Below are positions 30,701-40,605 of a stretch of DNA of 64,000 nucleotides, one piece after another. The notes beneath the pieces are model-generated. The model was given only the letters and a program-made list of their open reading frames with translations. It was not told where the DNA came from and searched no databases. The translations under genes were made by a program, and so were the position numbers. Origin of the DNA: Flectonema sp. DT1601 (Eukaryota). Position 1 is the first letter of the stretch. Each line of letters begins with the position of its first letter. The stretch covers positions 1,054,001-1,118,000 of the forward strand of contig OZ025791.1 in NCBI GenBank assembly GCA_964019425.1, read 5' to 3'.

Positions 30701-32111
30701 ATATGAGAGGATGCCAAAAGTAGGGTACCATTTTGTACCACGGGTAACTGCCGGCCTCTAAATCTTGGTCTGAGCACTTTTTTGGCCCACTCTGTATATT
30801 AGAAAACTCAATTCCGGGTCTGGGATACAACTTTACTTGTCACCAGTTCAAAAATTCTGCAATTTTTAGGGGAAATTGACTGTATTACTGTGTTATGCAG
30901 TACACACACAGGGGGCAGGTTTACTTCACATATCAGACCTCTGTAATTAGATGCATTGTTCTCCGTGGCTGTCGAACTCCATATCCTGGGCAAGCAGACC
31001 CATCCCCATCCGATGAATTTAGAAACTGCATGACAAAATTAATACGTAAGTTTTGGCACAAGCAGCGAAGCTAAGAGGACTGATGGACTGATATTGATCA
31101 TTCGTGTGCATTCTGCACCTACACTAACTTACTAATAATGTTGTACACACTTACGTTTTTTAAGGGGTTACACTGCTACTTGAATCAGAGCTTTCGGGTT
31201 CAGAACGACGGTCTGGACAATTTCGGAGATCTAAGAGAGCTGCACTGGCTGCATTGGCGCTTCTTTCTAACAGGCTTCTCGGGGGCACTTTTCCGTTTGC
31301 AGGCTCGTTGTTGGATGGTGTGCTCCCTGTCTAACCTTTCAAAAAAGGCTTCTTTTCTTGCTCGTTTATTCTTCAGGGAATCGATATGCTGACTGTGCTC
31401 TATCTCTGCAAACTTGTTGTTGTCCGCGGTTGTGTCAAAGGGTGTAGATCCAATAGTGCTCTTCTCAGCTCTAGTAAGGGGAAGCTTATCTGATATTTTG
31501 GGCTTGTGGTTCAGTAGCAAAGTAGCCTTACCTCCGTCAAGTGCAAATTGCTGGTTTTCGTCAGAGAAAGCTGTGATATATATCTGACCTGAAGTATCCT
31601 TTCGGTAGGTGGGGATGCTGGTTACGGCTGGGATGCGGAGGTTCTGCACACTCACTTCTTGCTCTTCAAAGAAGAGGAATACAAGTGTTGTGTCGCTGAG
31701 CGTTCGGAGTACGCCTGCCACCTCGGTGAGGGTACGCACCGGTGCCCACTCTCGATGAGGTCTGGATGACATTTGATATGCTGCCGAAATGCCTGTCACA
31801 GTGGCTCTCGTTCTAGAGTATCCTTAATTATCATTGTTATTTGTGAAGCTGTGATTCAAGCGAGTGACACTCTCCTACTACTACCTTACAAATTGGTCTC
31901 AACTGTGCACAAACATCTTACAGTGTAATACAGTCAATTTCCCCTAAAAATTGCAGAATTTTTGAACTGGTGACAAGTAAAGTTGTATCCCAGACCCGGA
32001 ATTGAGTTTTCTAATATACAGAGTGGGCCAAAAAAGTGCTCAGACCAAGATTTAGAGGCCAGCAGTTACCCGTGGTACAAAATAGGCCCTACTTTTGGCA
32101 CGTCCTCATAT
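30701..32111. mobile_element. Non-autonomous DNA transposon with ~188-bp terminal inverted repeats
   Basis: 30701-30888 is the near-perfect reverse complement of 31925-32111. TA is present at both ends (30702-30703 and 32109-32110). Confidence 0.85.
31200..31799 (-). CDS. Element-internal ORF of unknown function (basic C-terminus with CxxC)
   Basis: 199-codon ORF between the TIRs, ending RKKRQCSQC. No DDE transposase core is visible and the start is uncertain. Confidence 0.35.
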   Translation of the reverse strand: MTGISAAYQMSSRPHREWAPVRTLTEVAGVLRTLSDTTLVFLFFEEQEVSVQNLRIPAVTSIPTYRKDTSGQIYITAFSDENQQFALDGGKATLLLNHKPKISDKLPLTRAEKSTIGSTPFDTTADNNKFAEIEHSQHIDSLKNKRARKEAFFERLDREHTIQQRACKRKSAPEKPVRKKRQCSQCSSLRSPKLSRPSF

Positions 32112-32425
32112 AATAAGTTATAATTTACTAGTCAAATCTTGACAATAACTTCTAAGCAACTCTCAGAGTAATAAATAAATAAAAAAGTAAATAAACAATT
32201 CCATCGTTAACAGCTCAGCAGGGAACTGATCGTTTTTTTTTTTTTTTTTTTTTTTTGGAGAGGTATAATTGTTTGATTTTTTGGATTAATACAACTGCAT
32301 TGGATCACAACATAATAATAATAAAAAAAACCGATAATTTAATATGCCAAACGATACAGTGACTATGGTGATGCTTAACTTTGCCTTAAGAAAAAAAAAA
32401 AAAAAGAACCAACTCCACAACAATG

Positions 32426-34024
32426 CTACCTCAGGAATAGCCTGTAAACTGGATTGGTAGTCTCATCAACGTACTCGTGATTTACTCGTTCTAAGAATTG
32501 TTGAAAGGCTACTTCTTGGTCGATGGGAACGTCAAAACCGACTAAGACTTTCCCAAAATCAGCACCATGATTCCTGTAATGGAACAGAGTTATATTTATA
32601 ACTTCAGGTAGCGATGAGAGAAAAACCGACAACGCTTCTGAATTTTCGGGAAAAGAAAAACGGATAAGCCTCTCATCCCGTGGTGCCCCTCTCCCTCCAA
32701 CCAAATACCTCGCATGAGACTTTGCCATTTCGTTATCAGTTAAGAAGGTCGTATCAAATTTTCCCTTATTCAGACGTTGTACAAGATCATGAGCATCCTT
32801 CTTAGTAGGTGACTGAAAAGACATGAACACGATGGCTTTTTCATTTGTGCTGCTAAATCTGTAGCTGAATTCAGTTACCTGACTCGGATGAATATGTGAA
32901 TACATTTTCTTAAAAGAACCTTTAATTTCTGGTAGTGTAACCGTTACTAGGTATTCTGTTTCTTCACATCGTTCAGCTATCGATCGAAGGCTGTTGAACT
33001 CCATGTTTGCAGAACCAAGGATAGCAACTACACGTCCAGCTGGTACTTTCTTATTGGCAGCGTCTTGCTTGAGGCCTGCGACTGCAAGCGCCCCGGCAGG
33101 TTCTAAGATCGCCCTCGTGTCGTTAAAAACACTTTTGATAGCAGCGCACACCTCATCGTCGCTCACGGTAATAATTCTGTGACTGGTATTGTTCTTCAGA
33201 AAGTTGAAGGCGCAATTGTTCGGAACAGGCGTGGCGGTACCTTCAACAAAATGATTCAGAGGAGTATCAATAGGTGTGACCTTTCCACTAGCTAGAGATT
33301 GAGATAACGCATTGTTATTAGTCGCTTCAACTCCGACTACAGTAATGTCTGGATGGATCTCTGTGACATACGAAGTAACAGCAGCCAGTAATGCTCCACT
33401 ACCAACTCCAACATATATACTTTTTATACCAGATAATTGCCTTAATAACTCGACAGCTACAGTCCCTTGAGATTCAATCGGAATTGGTCCAACAGTAAGC
33501 TGCAGCATTTTACCCTTTTGTTGAGTTGCCAATTTCTTTGCTTCTTCTTCGGACTCGAAAACATCGGCTCCAATGATACATGTTTTACATTTGAATTCTT
33601 TTAATCTGGTGACTTGTATTTCAGCAGCGGTTTGTGGGATGACCAACGTTAGCTGGTCCATAGGAATTCCTAAGTGTTGAAATGATACGGCGATTCCGTG
33701 AACGAAGTTTCCAATTCCAGCAGCAGTAATCGGAGATTTACGTTCTTGTTCCGTCAGCCCTGCTACTAGTGAGAAAGCTGTTCTGAGGTAGTGAGAAAAT
33801 GTAACTTGGGTATCTTCTCTTTTATAGTATACTTCACATTCTAACTTTTCACTTGTCACAATCGCCTTTTCTACCACCGTTACCTTCGCCATGTCCTGAG
33901 CTTTACTCGTCAGCATACTTGCGAGGTAATCACCATTACTGCAACTTGTCTCTTCGTCGTAGTTACTAACCCGTTTTCGTTTCTGGGGAGTTATTCCGCT
34001 TCCAGGACGTTTTTCTTTTGACAT
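32426..34024 (-). CDS. ilvA: Threonine ammonia-lyase (IlvA-type) homologue lacking the PLP-binding lysine; probable pseudo-enzyme
   Basis: KREDTQVTFSHYLRTA versus consensus KREDLQPVFSFKLRGA. CAAIKSVFNDTRAILEPAGALAVAGLK and the C-terminal regulatory repeats (VTEFSYR; NITLFHYRNHGAD.G.VLVG) are intact. Probable start MSKEKRP at 34024; the ORF extends to 34093. Confidence 0.85.
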   Translation of the reverse strand: MSKEKRPGSGITPQKRKRVSNYDEETSCSNGDYLASMLTSKAQDMAKVTVVEKAIVTSEKLECEVYYKREDTQVTFSHYLRTAFSLVAGLTEQERKSPITAAGIGNFVHGIAVSFQHLGIPMDQLTLVIPQTAAEIQVTRLKEFKCKTCIIGADVFESEEEAKKLATQQKGKMLQLTVGPIPIESQGTVAVELLRQLSGIKSIYVGVGSGALLAAVTSYVTEIHPDITVVGVEATNNNALSQSLASGKVTPIDTPLNHFVEGTATPVPNNCAFNFLKNNTSHRIITVSDDEVCAAIKSVFNDTRAILEPAGALAVAGLKQDAANKKVPAGRVVAILGSANMEFNSLRSIAERCEETEYLVTVTLPEIKGSFKKMYSHIHPSQVTEFSYRFSSTNEKAIVFMSFQSPTKKDAHDLVQRLNKGKFDTTFLTDNEMAKSHARYLVGGRGAPRDERLIRFSFPENSEALSVFLSSLPEVINITLFHYRNHGADFGKVLVGFDVPIDQEVAFQQFLERVNHEYVDETTNPVYRLFLR

Positions 34025-34392
34025 TCTAAAATTAAAATACCTTTTAAAAGATGAATGGAATGAATAAGTTGATAAGACAAACAAAAGATTCATCTTTCGC
34101 TACTAAAATCGTTGGTACGATGTCCAATTCTGTTTTGGTGTAGAGTAATAAATTTTAACAGCCCGCCTACTACTGCTTTAAAAGAAACAACAACCCCAAC
34201 GACCGCGGCTGCGGTGGTGTAATTTTGAGGTTCAAATATTTTATCCAACGGCAATACGGCTACAACTAACTGAGCGGTCGCTTGCTCTTTTTTTATTATT
34301 ACTCAGGTCAATTAATACTGCCAGGTAAAAAAAAAGGGATAAAATATGTTTTGTCAGATTTGTTAGTACACCCAAAGAACTGTTTGGTTTAA

Positions 34393-34584
34393 TTATCCTC
34401 CCGAACTGTTCTTCACTTGCTTTACTTTCTTCTTCCCTTCACTGCCGTGGACGGCATCTTTGCCCAGATCCATTCTTAAGTTATCTTTTGCTTCTCCCAG
34501 TTCGAACCACTTGTCGGAATCTCTTCCCATGAACTTGCTCCCCATTATACTTCCCATTGATACGTGGGTGCTTTCAAGGCGCAT
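34393..34584 (-). CDS. Small hypothetical protein (63 aa)
   Basis: Coding-like composition, on the cluster strand. It has the A-rich ...CACAATG start context seen in neighbouring genes and an upstream pyrimidine tract ending in CAG near 34694. Confidence 0.5.
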   Translation of the reverse strand: MRLESTHVSMGSIMGSKFMGRDSDKWFELGEAKDNLRMDLGKDAVHGSEGKKKVKQVKNSSGG

Positions 34585-35248
34585 TGTGAATTAGTTTTTT
34601 TGTTTTGTGTAAATCTTTGAATTACAGAGTGATATTATTGATTTACGTACTACAAACTCGATCTTAACTTCCCTCAGTCGCGATACCTGTTTCCTGAAAG
34701 AACAAATAAATAGTTCACAACACTCCACAACACAAACAGATTAATATTTCACAGCACGGTGCTTGCGATAAATTTGAACACTTTTTGCTGACACTCCCGT
34801 ACTACATTATAACCTATGATATGTACGAAAGACTAAACACAGAGAAAACGCCTAACAAATAACACGCTGAACCTGAAAGTGGTACTGGGTACTCCTTACA
34901 GTGATTCACCGTGGGTATTGTGTCACTTTTAATAACGACACTAAAAGACTGTAGGCAGAACTGGTTTCATACTTCTGACAAACCTCCGCTACTATTTAGT
35001 TGCGTTTTGATTGACCACTTCTGAGTTCAGATACGCTGGATTTATTGGTACATAAAAGCAATTGAGAATGAAAGTTATTTTGTATCCCCTGAAATGAGTA
35101 AAAACGGGGAAACTTGTTCAACTGTTTTTACTACGAATTCTAAGCCCCCTCAGGGCACACACACCCCCCTGAGCACTGAGGCTGATCTAACCATAAGAGT
35201 TTTATATAACAGCAACTCTTGGTTTTCAGAAACGGAATACTGCAACCC

Positions 35249-35279
<31 letters not shown>

Positions 35280-35477
35280 ATAAAAAGAAAAAAGAGAATA
35301 AAAAAAAAAAGAATAAAAAAAACGAACGAATACAAAAGACGCCGATTGCTAAGCTCACATAACTCACAAGAGCAGCATTGATAAAGGTTTTTCGCACCAC
35401 AACATGATTATCATACATCACAACACACACCAGGGGTATTACAATGTTATAATAATAAAAAAACGAAAAAAGGGGGT

Positions 35478-35479
<2 letters not shown>

Positions 35480-35518
<39 letters not shown>
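35480..35518 (+). repeat. Poly(G) tract, 39 nt
   Basis: Uninterrupted G run in an otherwise A/T-rich intergenic region. Confidence 0.9.
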
Positions 35519-35519
<1 letters not shown>

Positions 35520-35764
35520 AAGTACATAATAAGAAAAGAATTTAACACCGATAAAGGCATTAAGTGAACAGGTGGAACCACCCTTTTAGTTTTCACCTTA
35601 AAATCCCATTCAGAGACTGATTAAGTTACAGATATTGAAACATGGTCGCAGAATGAGATTGAAGTATAAGGATTAATAAACATAAAATAGTCACTCCACT
35701 AAGTGAAAGGAATCTACAAGGTACAACAAGGGACTTTTAACTGAAAAACCCAAAAGTGGCGCGG

Positions 35765-36391
35765 CTAACAGAGTAAAAGTGAAGTAACATAAGGACCACA
35801 CTGTTTATATTCATTGACTACTTCTGACAGAGCCTTAAGGTATGGAAGAGCAGAGAAGCGTGAGCAGGAAGCAGCCTGAGAAGACGAGCTGCAAAGGGCG
35901 TTGAGATAGTGTAAAGGTACTCGAGCGGAAGCATCAAGGAGCGCGATGTAGGGAAATTTTGATCTTCTTGGTGATGATGTGACAGGTTCAGGTCTTGTGA
36001 TTGGAAACCTCGGTACCGTAGGTGGTGACTTAGGAGGTTGTCTCGCGGGACTCAAACTAACTTTAACTGGAGATGGTGATATCATTTTTCTTCCCTCCAT
36101 TGTATCAAATACTAAACACTTCTTCTTTCCCTTTCTTTTTTGATGTTTCGAAGACTTTACCTTCATCGAAACTGGTGCTTTTACCATCGATTTCACTTTA
36201 GCTTCATTTTTTGAGACATCCTCCGGAAACGGAACGTATTTTCCAACATATCTGCAGCCCTGCCATCCCTGCAGTCTCTGGTTAGTTTTATTAAAACAAG
36301 TTGGATCTTTTGCAGGCCTTGTCGGCTTGGGATGTACTGGAGAACAGCCATACTCGATATATATTCCGAGATGGGGCGGCAGCATTGCCAT
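35765..36391 (-). CDS. Hypothetical basic, Pro-rich protein (208 aa)
   Basis: ATG-initiated ORF on the cluster strand with no recognised domain. Confidence 0.55.
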   Translation of the reverse strand: MAMLPPHLGIYIEYGCSPVHPKPTRPAKDPTCFNKTNQRLQGWQGCRYVGKYVPFPEDVSKNEAKVKSMVKAPVSMKVKSSKHQKRKGKKKCLVFDTMEGRKMISPSPVKVSLSPARQPPKSPPTVPRFPITRPEPVTSSPRRSKFPYIALLDASARVPLHYLNALCSSSSQAASCSRFSALPYLKALSEVVNEYKQCGPYVTSLLLC

Positions 36392-36755
36392 ATTGCCTTT
36401 GCTTAATGCGTTCTGTTAAATAATAATTTAAAAATAATTAGTCGACTACGATGGCTTGCTTATATAAAAAAAGGAAAACCGTCCCTTTCAACGTTCAGCC
36501 ACATTACATAAACTACAATAAATTTGTTTTTCTGTTTAATAAATTATGTTAATACTCCGGTGGTTACCTTTTGTCATCATATTGAGCGACGATATGAGCG
36601 AATCACAGAAACAAATAAAAAAAATAGGAAGGAATTTATAAAAGAGAAGATAGCTTTGCGAATAATATAACATGTGCAGAGAGTATGAGTAGTTGGAAGT
36701 TAGATGCAATTGATACTCATCGAGAAAGTGAACAATTCTTTTTTATTAAAATATT

Positions 36756-37397
36756 CTAGAGACCAAGTTGTTGTTCAAGCCTTGCTGGATTGGTATCAAC
36801 TTCCTGCTGTGGCTGAGATAAGTCTGAAGGCGGTGCTAATGCGTCATCGAGATAGGAAGTATCACCTGAGTAGAGCATGTCATCTTCAAGACCTGCTAAT
36901 TCAGCGTCAAGATCTTCATCATCTATTTCATCTGGCATCATGTAAGACCGTCCTAGGATTTCTTGAATCTCATCATTGTCTTCAAACATATCCTGAAGTT
37001 CATCTTGCATTGAATCAATCTTACCAATGTCAAGTTTCTTTTGTTCTGCTTTTAGACTTGTCGTCGCAGACTTCAAACAGTTTACTTGTTCTACAGTGTC
37101 TTTAACGGAGTCAATAGCAAATCCAACTTGTTCAATGTTGTAAATCTGACTCTCAGTTTGATCTCTTTGACCTTCATACATTCTCTTCTGTTTTAGTAGT
37201 TGCATGGCTCTCTTTTTTAGTCTTCCTTGTTGTGAAGGGTTGGCTCTCTTTATTTGTTCACGGATCTTATTCATTTCATCATCGATTTTTTGAATTCTGG
37301 AATCAACTTGTCCAAGTCTCTTGTCCATTCTGTCTGTAGTATCACCAATGGTTGGTGCAGCTACCTGGGGGGCTTTTTTTCCGAAGAGCCTATTCAT
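36756..37397 (-). CDS. VPS60: ESCRT-III subunit Vps60/CHMP5 (Snf7 family)
   Basis: MNRLFGKK...KKRAMQLLKQKRMYE...IDSMQDELQDM...EIQEILGRSY..PDEIDDEDLDAEL. Confidence 0.95.
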   Translation of the reverse strand: MNRLFGKKAPQVAAPTIGDTTDRMDKRLGQVDSRIQKIDDEMNKIREQIKRANPSQQGRLKKRAMQLLKQKRMYEGQRDQTESQIYNIEQVGFAIDSVKDTVEQVNCLKSATTSLKAEQKKLDIGKIDSMQDELQDMFEDNDEIQEILGRSYMMPDEIDDEDLDAELAGLEDDMLYSGDTSYLDDALAPPSDLSQPQQEVDTNPARLEQQLGL

Positions 37398-37601
37398 TTT
37401 TGTCTTAGTTTTCGTAAAAGGGCGTGAACGCTGGAGGAAAAAAGAAAAAAATAGTTATAAACAAATTAGTAAAAAGACATAACAATCAAAAAAAAAAAGG
37501 TCATATTGCTAGCTAGTCCTTTTCTTCATTTAAATATCAAAGCAGACGTTGTAGCGGGCGAGTGGGAAGATGTTTTTTTTTTTTTTTTTTTTTTTTTTTA
37601 T

Positions 37602-38316
37602 CATAGATGGAAGTGCCCTCCAAATTTGGAGGGCGCCTGGTGAAAATCAGCCACAAAAATTTGTAGGGCCAAAATAGGGCGCTGGAGGGCGCTTTTTTAA
37701 TTAAATTTAATATAATGCCGAGCTCATTTTGACACCCCTGCCCTCAGCGAGGGTCGAATCGCATCTTATTTGACTTTTCTCCGGTTCGCCTGATCAAATG
37801 CGTCTCTGGGATATCAGTTTACTTGCCACCAGTAAACTTCTTTTTTTTCTCACACGGTACCGTGAAGACCGGCCTATTAACAGGTTAGCAGGAACGCACT
37901 CTCCCTCCTCGAATCCCTCTATATTCGACTCGGTGCATTCTGCGGGCTAATCAGCTCCTTGTAGATCTGGGATGCATCGTCCACTGAAATGAGTTTCAGC
38001 TTCAGGGATTGCAGCAGGCTCCGGAAGCTCTCAAGGAGTGGCCCATTGTTTTTGCCATTGTTGACCGCCGAACCATGACCTGGAGGTCTCGGGTTCGAAC
38101 CCCGTGACACCCTTTTTTCTCTTTTTCGAAAGACTGCCAAGCATGTCAAAAAGTTTTTTTGGCTTCTGCGTCAAAATACTTGTGCGTCAGTGTAAGTCCC
38201 CGTCAATTTAGCTGTCTTATAGTAATAAAAAAGGTAAAAAAAAGCGCCCTCCAAAATAATATTTATATTAAAAGCGCCCTACACGTCCTCCAAATTGTAG
38301 GGCACTTCCATCTATG
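37602..38316. mobile_element. 715-bp non-autonomous TIR element (MITE-like) with CATAG...CTATG termini
   Basis: The left end CATAGATGGAAGTGCCCTCCAAATTTGGAGGGCG matches the reverse complement of the right end CGTCCTCCAAATTGTAGGGCACTTCCATCTATG. Subterminal AGGGCGC/GCGCCCT repeats; TTTTAT on both flanks. Confidence 0.85.
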
Positions 38317-38654
38317 TTTTATTGTTTTTTTTTTATTGTTTTTTTTTTATTGTTTTTTTTTTATTGTTTTTTTTTTTTCTGACGTGTGACTCGAAAGGGG
38401 TATAAACAGCAGCCTATTACAAAATAGTTGTACTACCTACTACCACCAGCCCCACATCGGACTGTAATAGTGTGATTAACCGAATGCTGCAAAGAAGTGT
38501 AAAAGAATTTTAAAAAAAAAAATAAAATAAGTCGAAACAGGTATTGTTGAAGGAAAAATAATAACTTGGGAAGTGGCTTAATAATCCCTTACCGGCCCTC
38601 TCTTATTATTATTAACTCAAACTTAAGTGAGGGGGATGACGCTTTTCAGATGTC

Positions 38655-38716
38655 AAAAAAAACAGTAACAACTTTAGGTATTAATACAAAATTAATATCA
38701 AATACTCGACTGAAAA
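38655..38716. repeat. Dispersed intergenic/3'-UTR element, copy 3
   Basis: Nearly identical to the core of copy 2 at 26855-26915. Confidence 0.85.
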
Positions 38717-40605
38717 GAAAAAAAACAAAAGAATACTTAGCTACGTTTTTTTTTTTTTTTTTTTTTTTGAAATATAAGAAAAAATATAAAATGGAAATAT
38801 ACTTCCTTCTTAAGATAATTAGGGGACCACATACTATAAGATTGATCATGCAAACAATAGGGGGGGTTAACTGGTTAAGAATACATATGATACGATATTA
38901 TATTATATTGTATCAAAAGTTATCCAATATATAAACGTTAGTAAAGTGTAAGGACAGTTGACTAAAGGTAAAATACTCCGCAAATTGTGTTGAAGTATAA
39001 TTAACCCGCTAGATCGTAGTTCACAATTCCATTCTCCGTTTTCCCCTCCGTGTTTTTCTCCCTTTTCCTTTTCTCTAGTTGCGTCGCTGAAACTAAACCA
39101 AACCAACTTCTTACTTTTAGGTTAAGTCGGTCTCAGCGACTGCGAAAAAGCCAACGTTTTGCGTGTGTTCGTAAAGGGTTTTTCTGATTTCCGACTAGCA
39201 GCGCCAAGCCCTACGCAAGTGATTCTTTAACCCTCCCATTATACTTCACCCCTCAGGAATTACCGAACAAGATCAATGGCTCAATTATATTTTTCTTTTT
39301 AACTAATGCAAAGATAAAAACAAGGGGGGAAAAAACCGTAATTAAATAAAAAGGTTCAGCCAAATGGGGAATTTGAGAAGCTTGAGAAAGCCTCAGACAA
39401 AAGAGAACGAACCTGGGATTATATCGCGCTTGGAAAGCATTTAAGTGTAAAATAGCCATGGGAAGGAGAGAGAAATGTGGGAAGGAACACCACATCGAAC
39501 TAGCTAACCTAGTAGTTTCTTTTTTTATAATCTGGGTAGAGGGCGAAGAGGAGGAGGGGGGAAAAGAAATTAGAAGAAAAACAGTATTTAACTTTGTTCA
39601 CAAACGTGTATAGTACGATCACTTCTTTGTGTTTAGCATTAGCTATAATTAGCGAGGAGTTATCATAAATTAGATAAACATTCAAATCAGATTAACAAAT
39701 CGTAAGGACATCAAACGATTGGTTTTCGGACTAAAAATAGTAAAAATGTAGCAAGAGAGTAAGGGGGATCATGCATGTCCAACTCATCGCGTTTGCCCCT
39801 TGAGGGCAAAGATAAGGAAGTCCAATACATTGCGTACAGAGCATCGCTGATACAGCAAACTAAAGAGCATCGGGTTAACTCCCTAGTGCTACAAGGCAAC
39901 AGCAACGTAATTAGACCAATCTTGTTAGGATTGTTATGGTTTAGCTTCCGCTGACGGGAAAAGGGGGATTTATTACGATACGAAAGGGAGGGGGAAAAGA
40001 AACTAGAAAAACAGGATTTGGCTTTGCCCACAACGTCTATAGTACCATCATTTCGTTGTGCAAATAGAAATCACCCGAAGAGAATCATCAGTTCGGTATT
40101 TCCCGCTTATTATTCTTTTTTCCGGTTGCAAAATCGCAGTCGTACCACAAGTCATCAAAGATTAGCATTTTACAGCTACCCATCAATAATTAAAATTATT
40201 AAAGAAAAAGTTTTCGGGAAAGAGGGAGAAGAAGAAAAAGAAAACGGAACACAGAACTTGTCTGGCCGCTGTGCACGAATTAGACTTCACAAGTATAGCA
40301 ATTAATTGCCGAGTAGAGAAAAGACTAAAAAAAGGTTGAAAGAGTGACAAAATAAAACACTCCTTGATCGCATTCAAGGCTACATGTCAATTGAAAAGAT
40401 TCGTTGTCGACGAGCGGGGAAAGAAAATATGAAAAACAGTAAACGGCTTTGAGTATCGCAACAACTGTTGTCATCTACTTGCATAATCAGTAGGCAATTA
40501 GCATAACTGATTTGTTTTGTTTTCGAATTGAGGATGTTTCCGACCTAATGTACATAAAATAAAAAACACATTTTCTATTTAATGAAAACATTCATTAATA
40601 ACCCA

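Noticed and set aside
38060..38110. Possible tRNA-Met gene (CAT...GGTTCGAACCC)
   Set aside because: The 5' half (D arm, A box) is missing; treated as a fragment inside the MITE.
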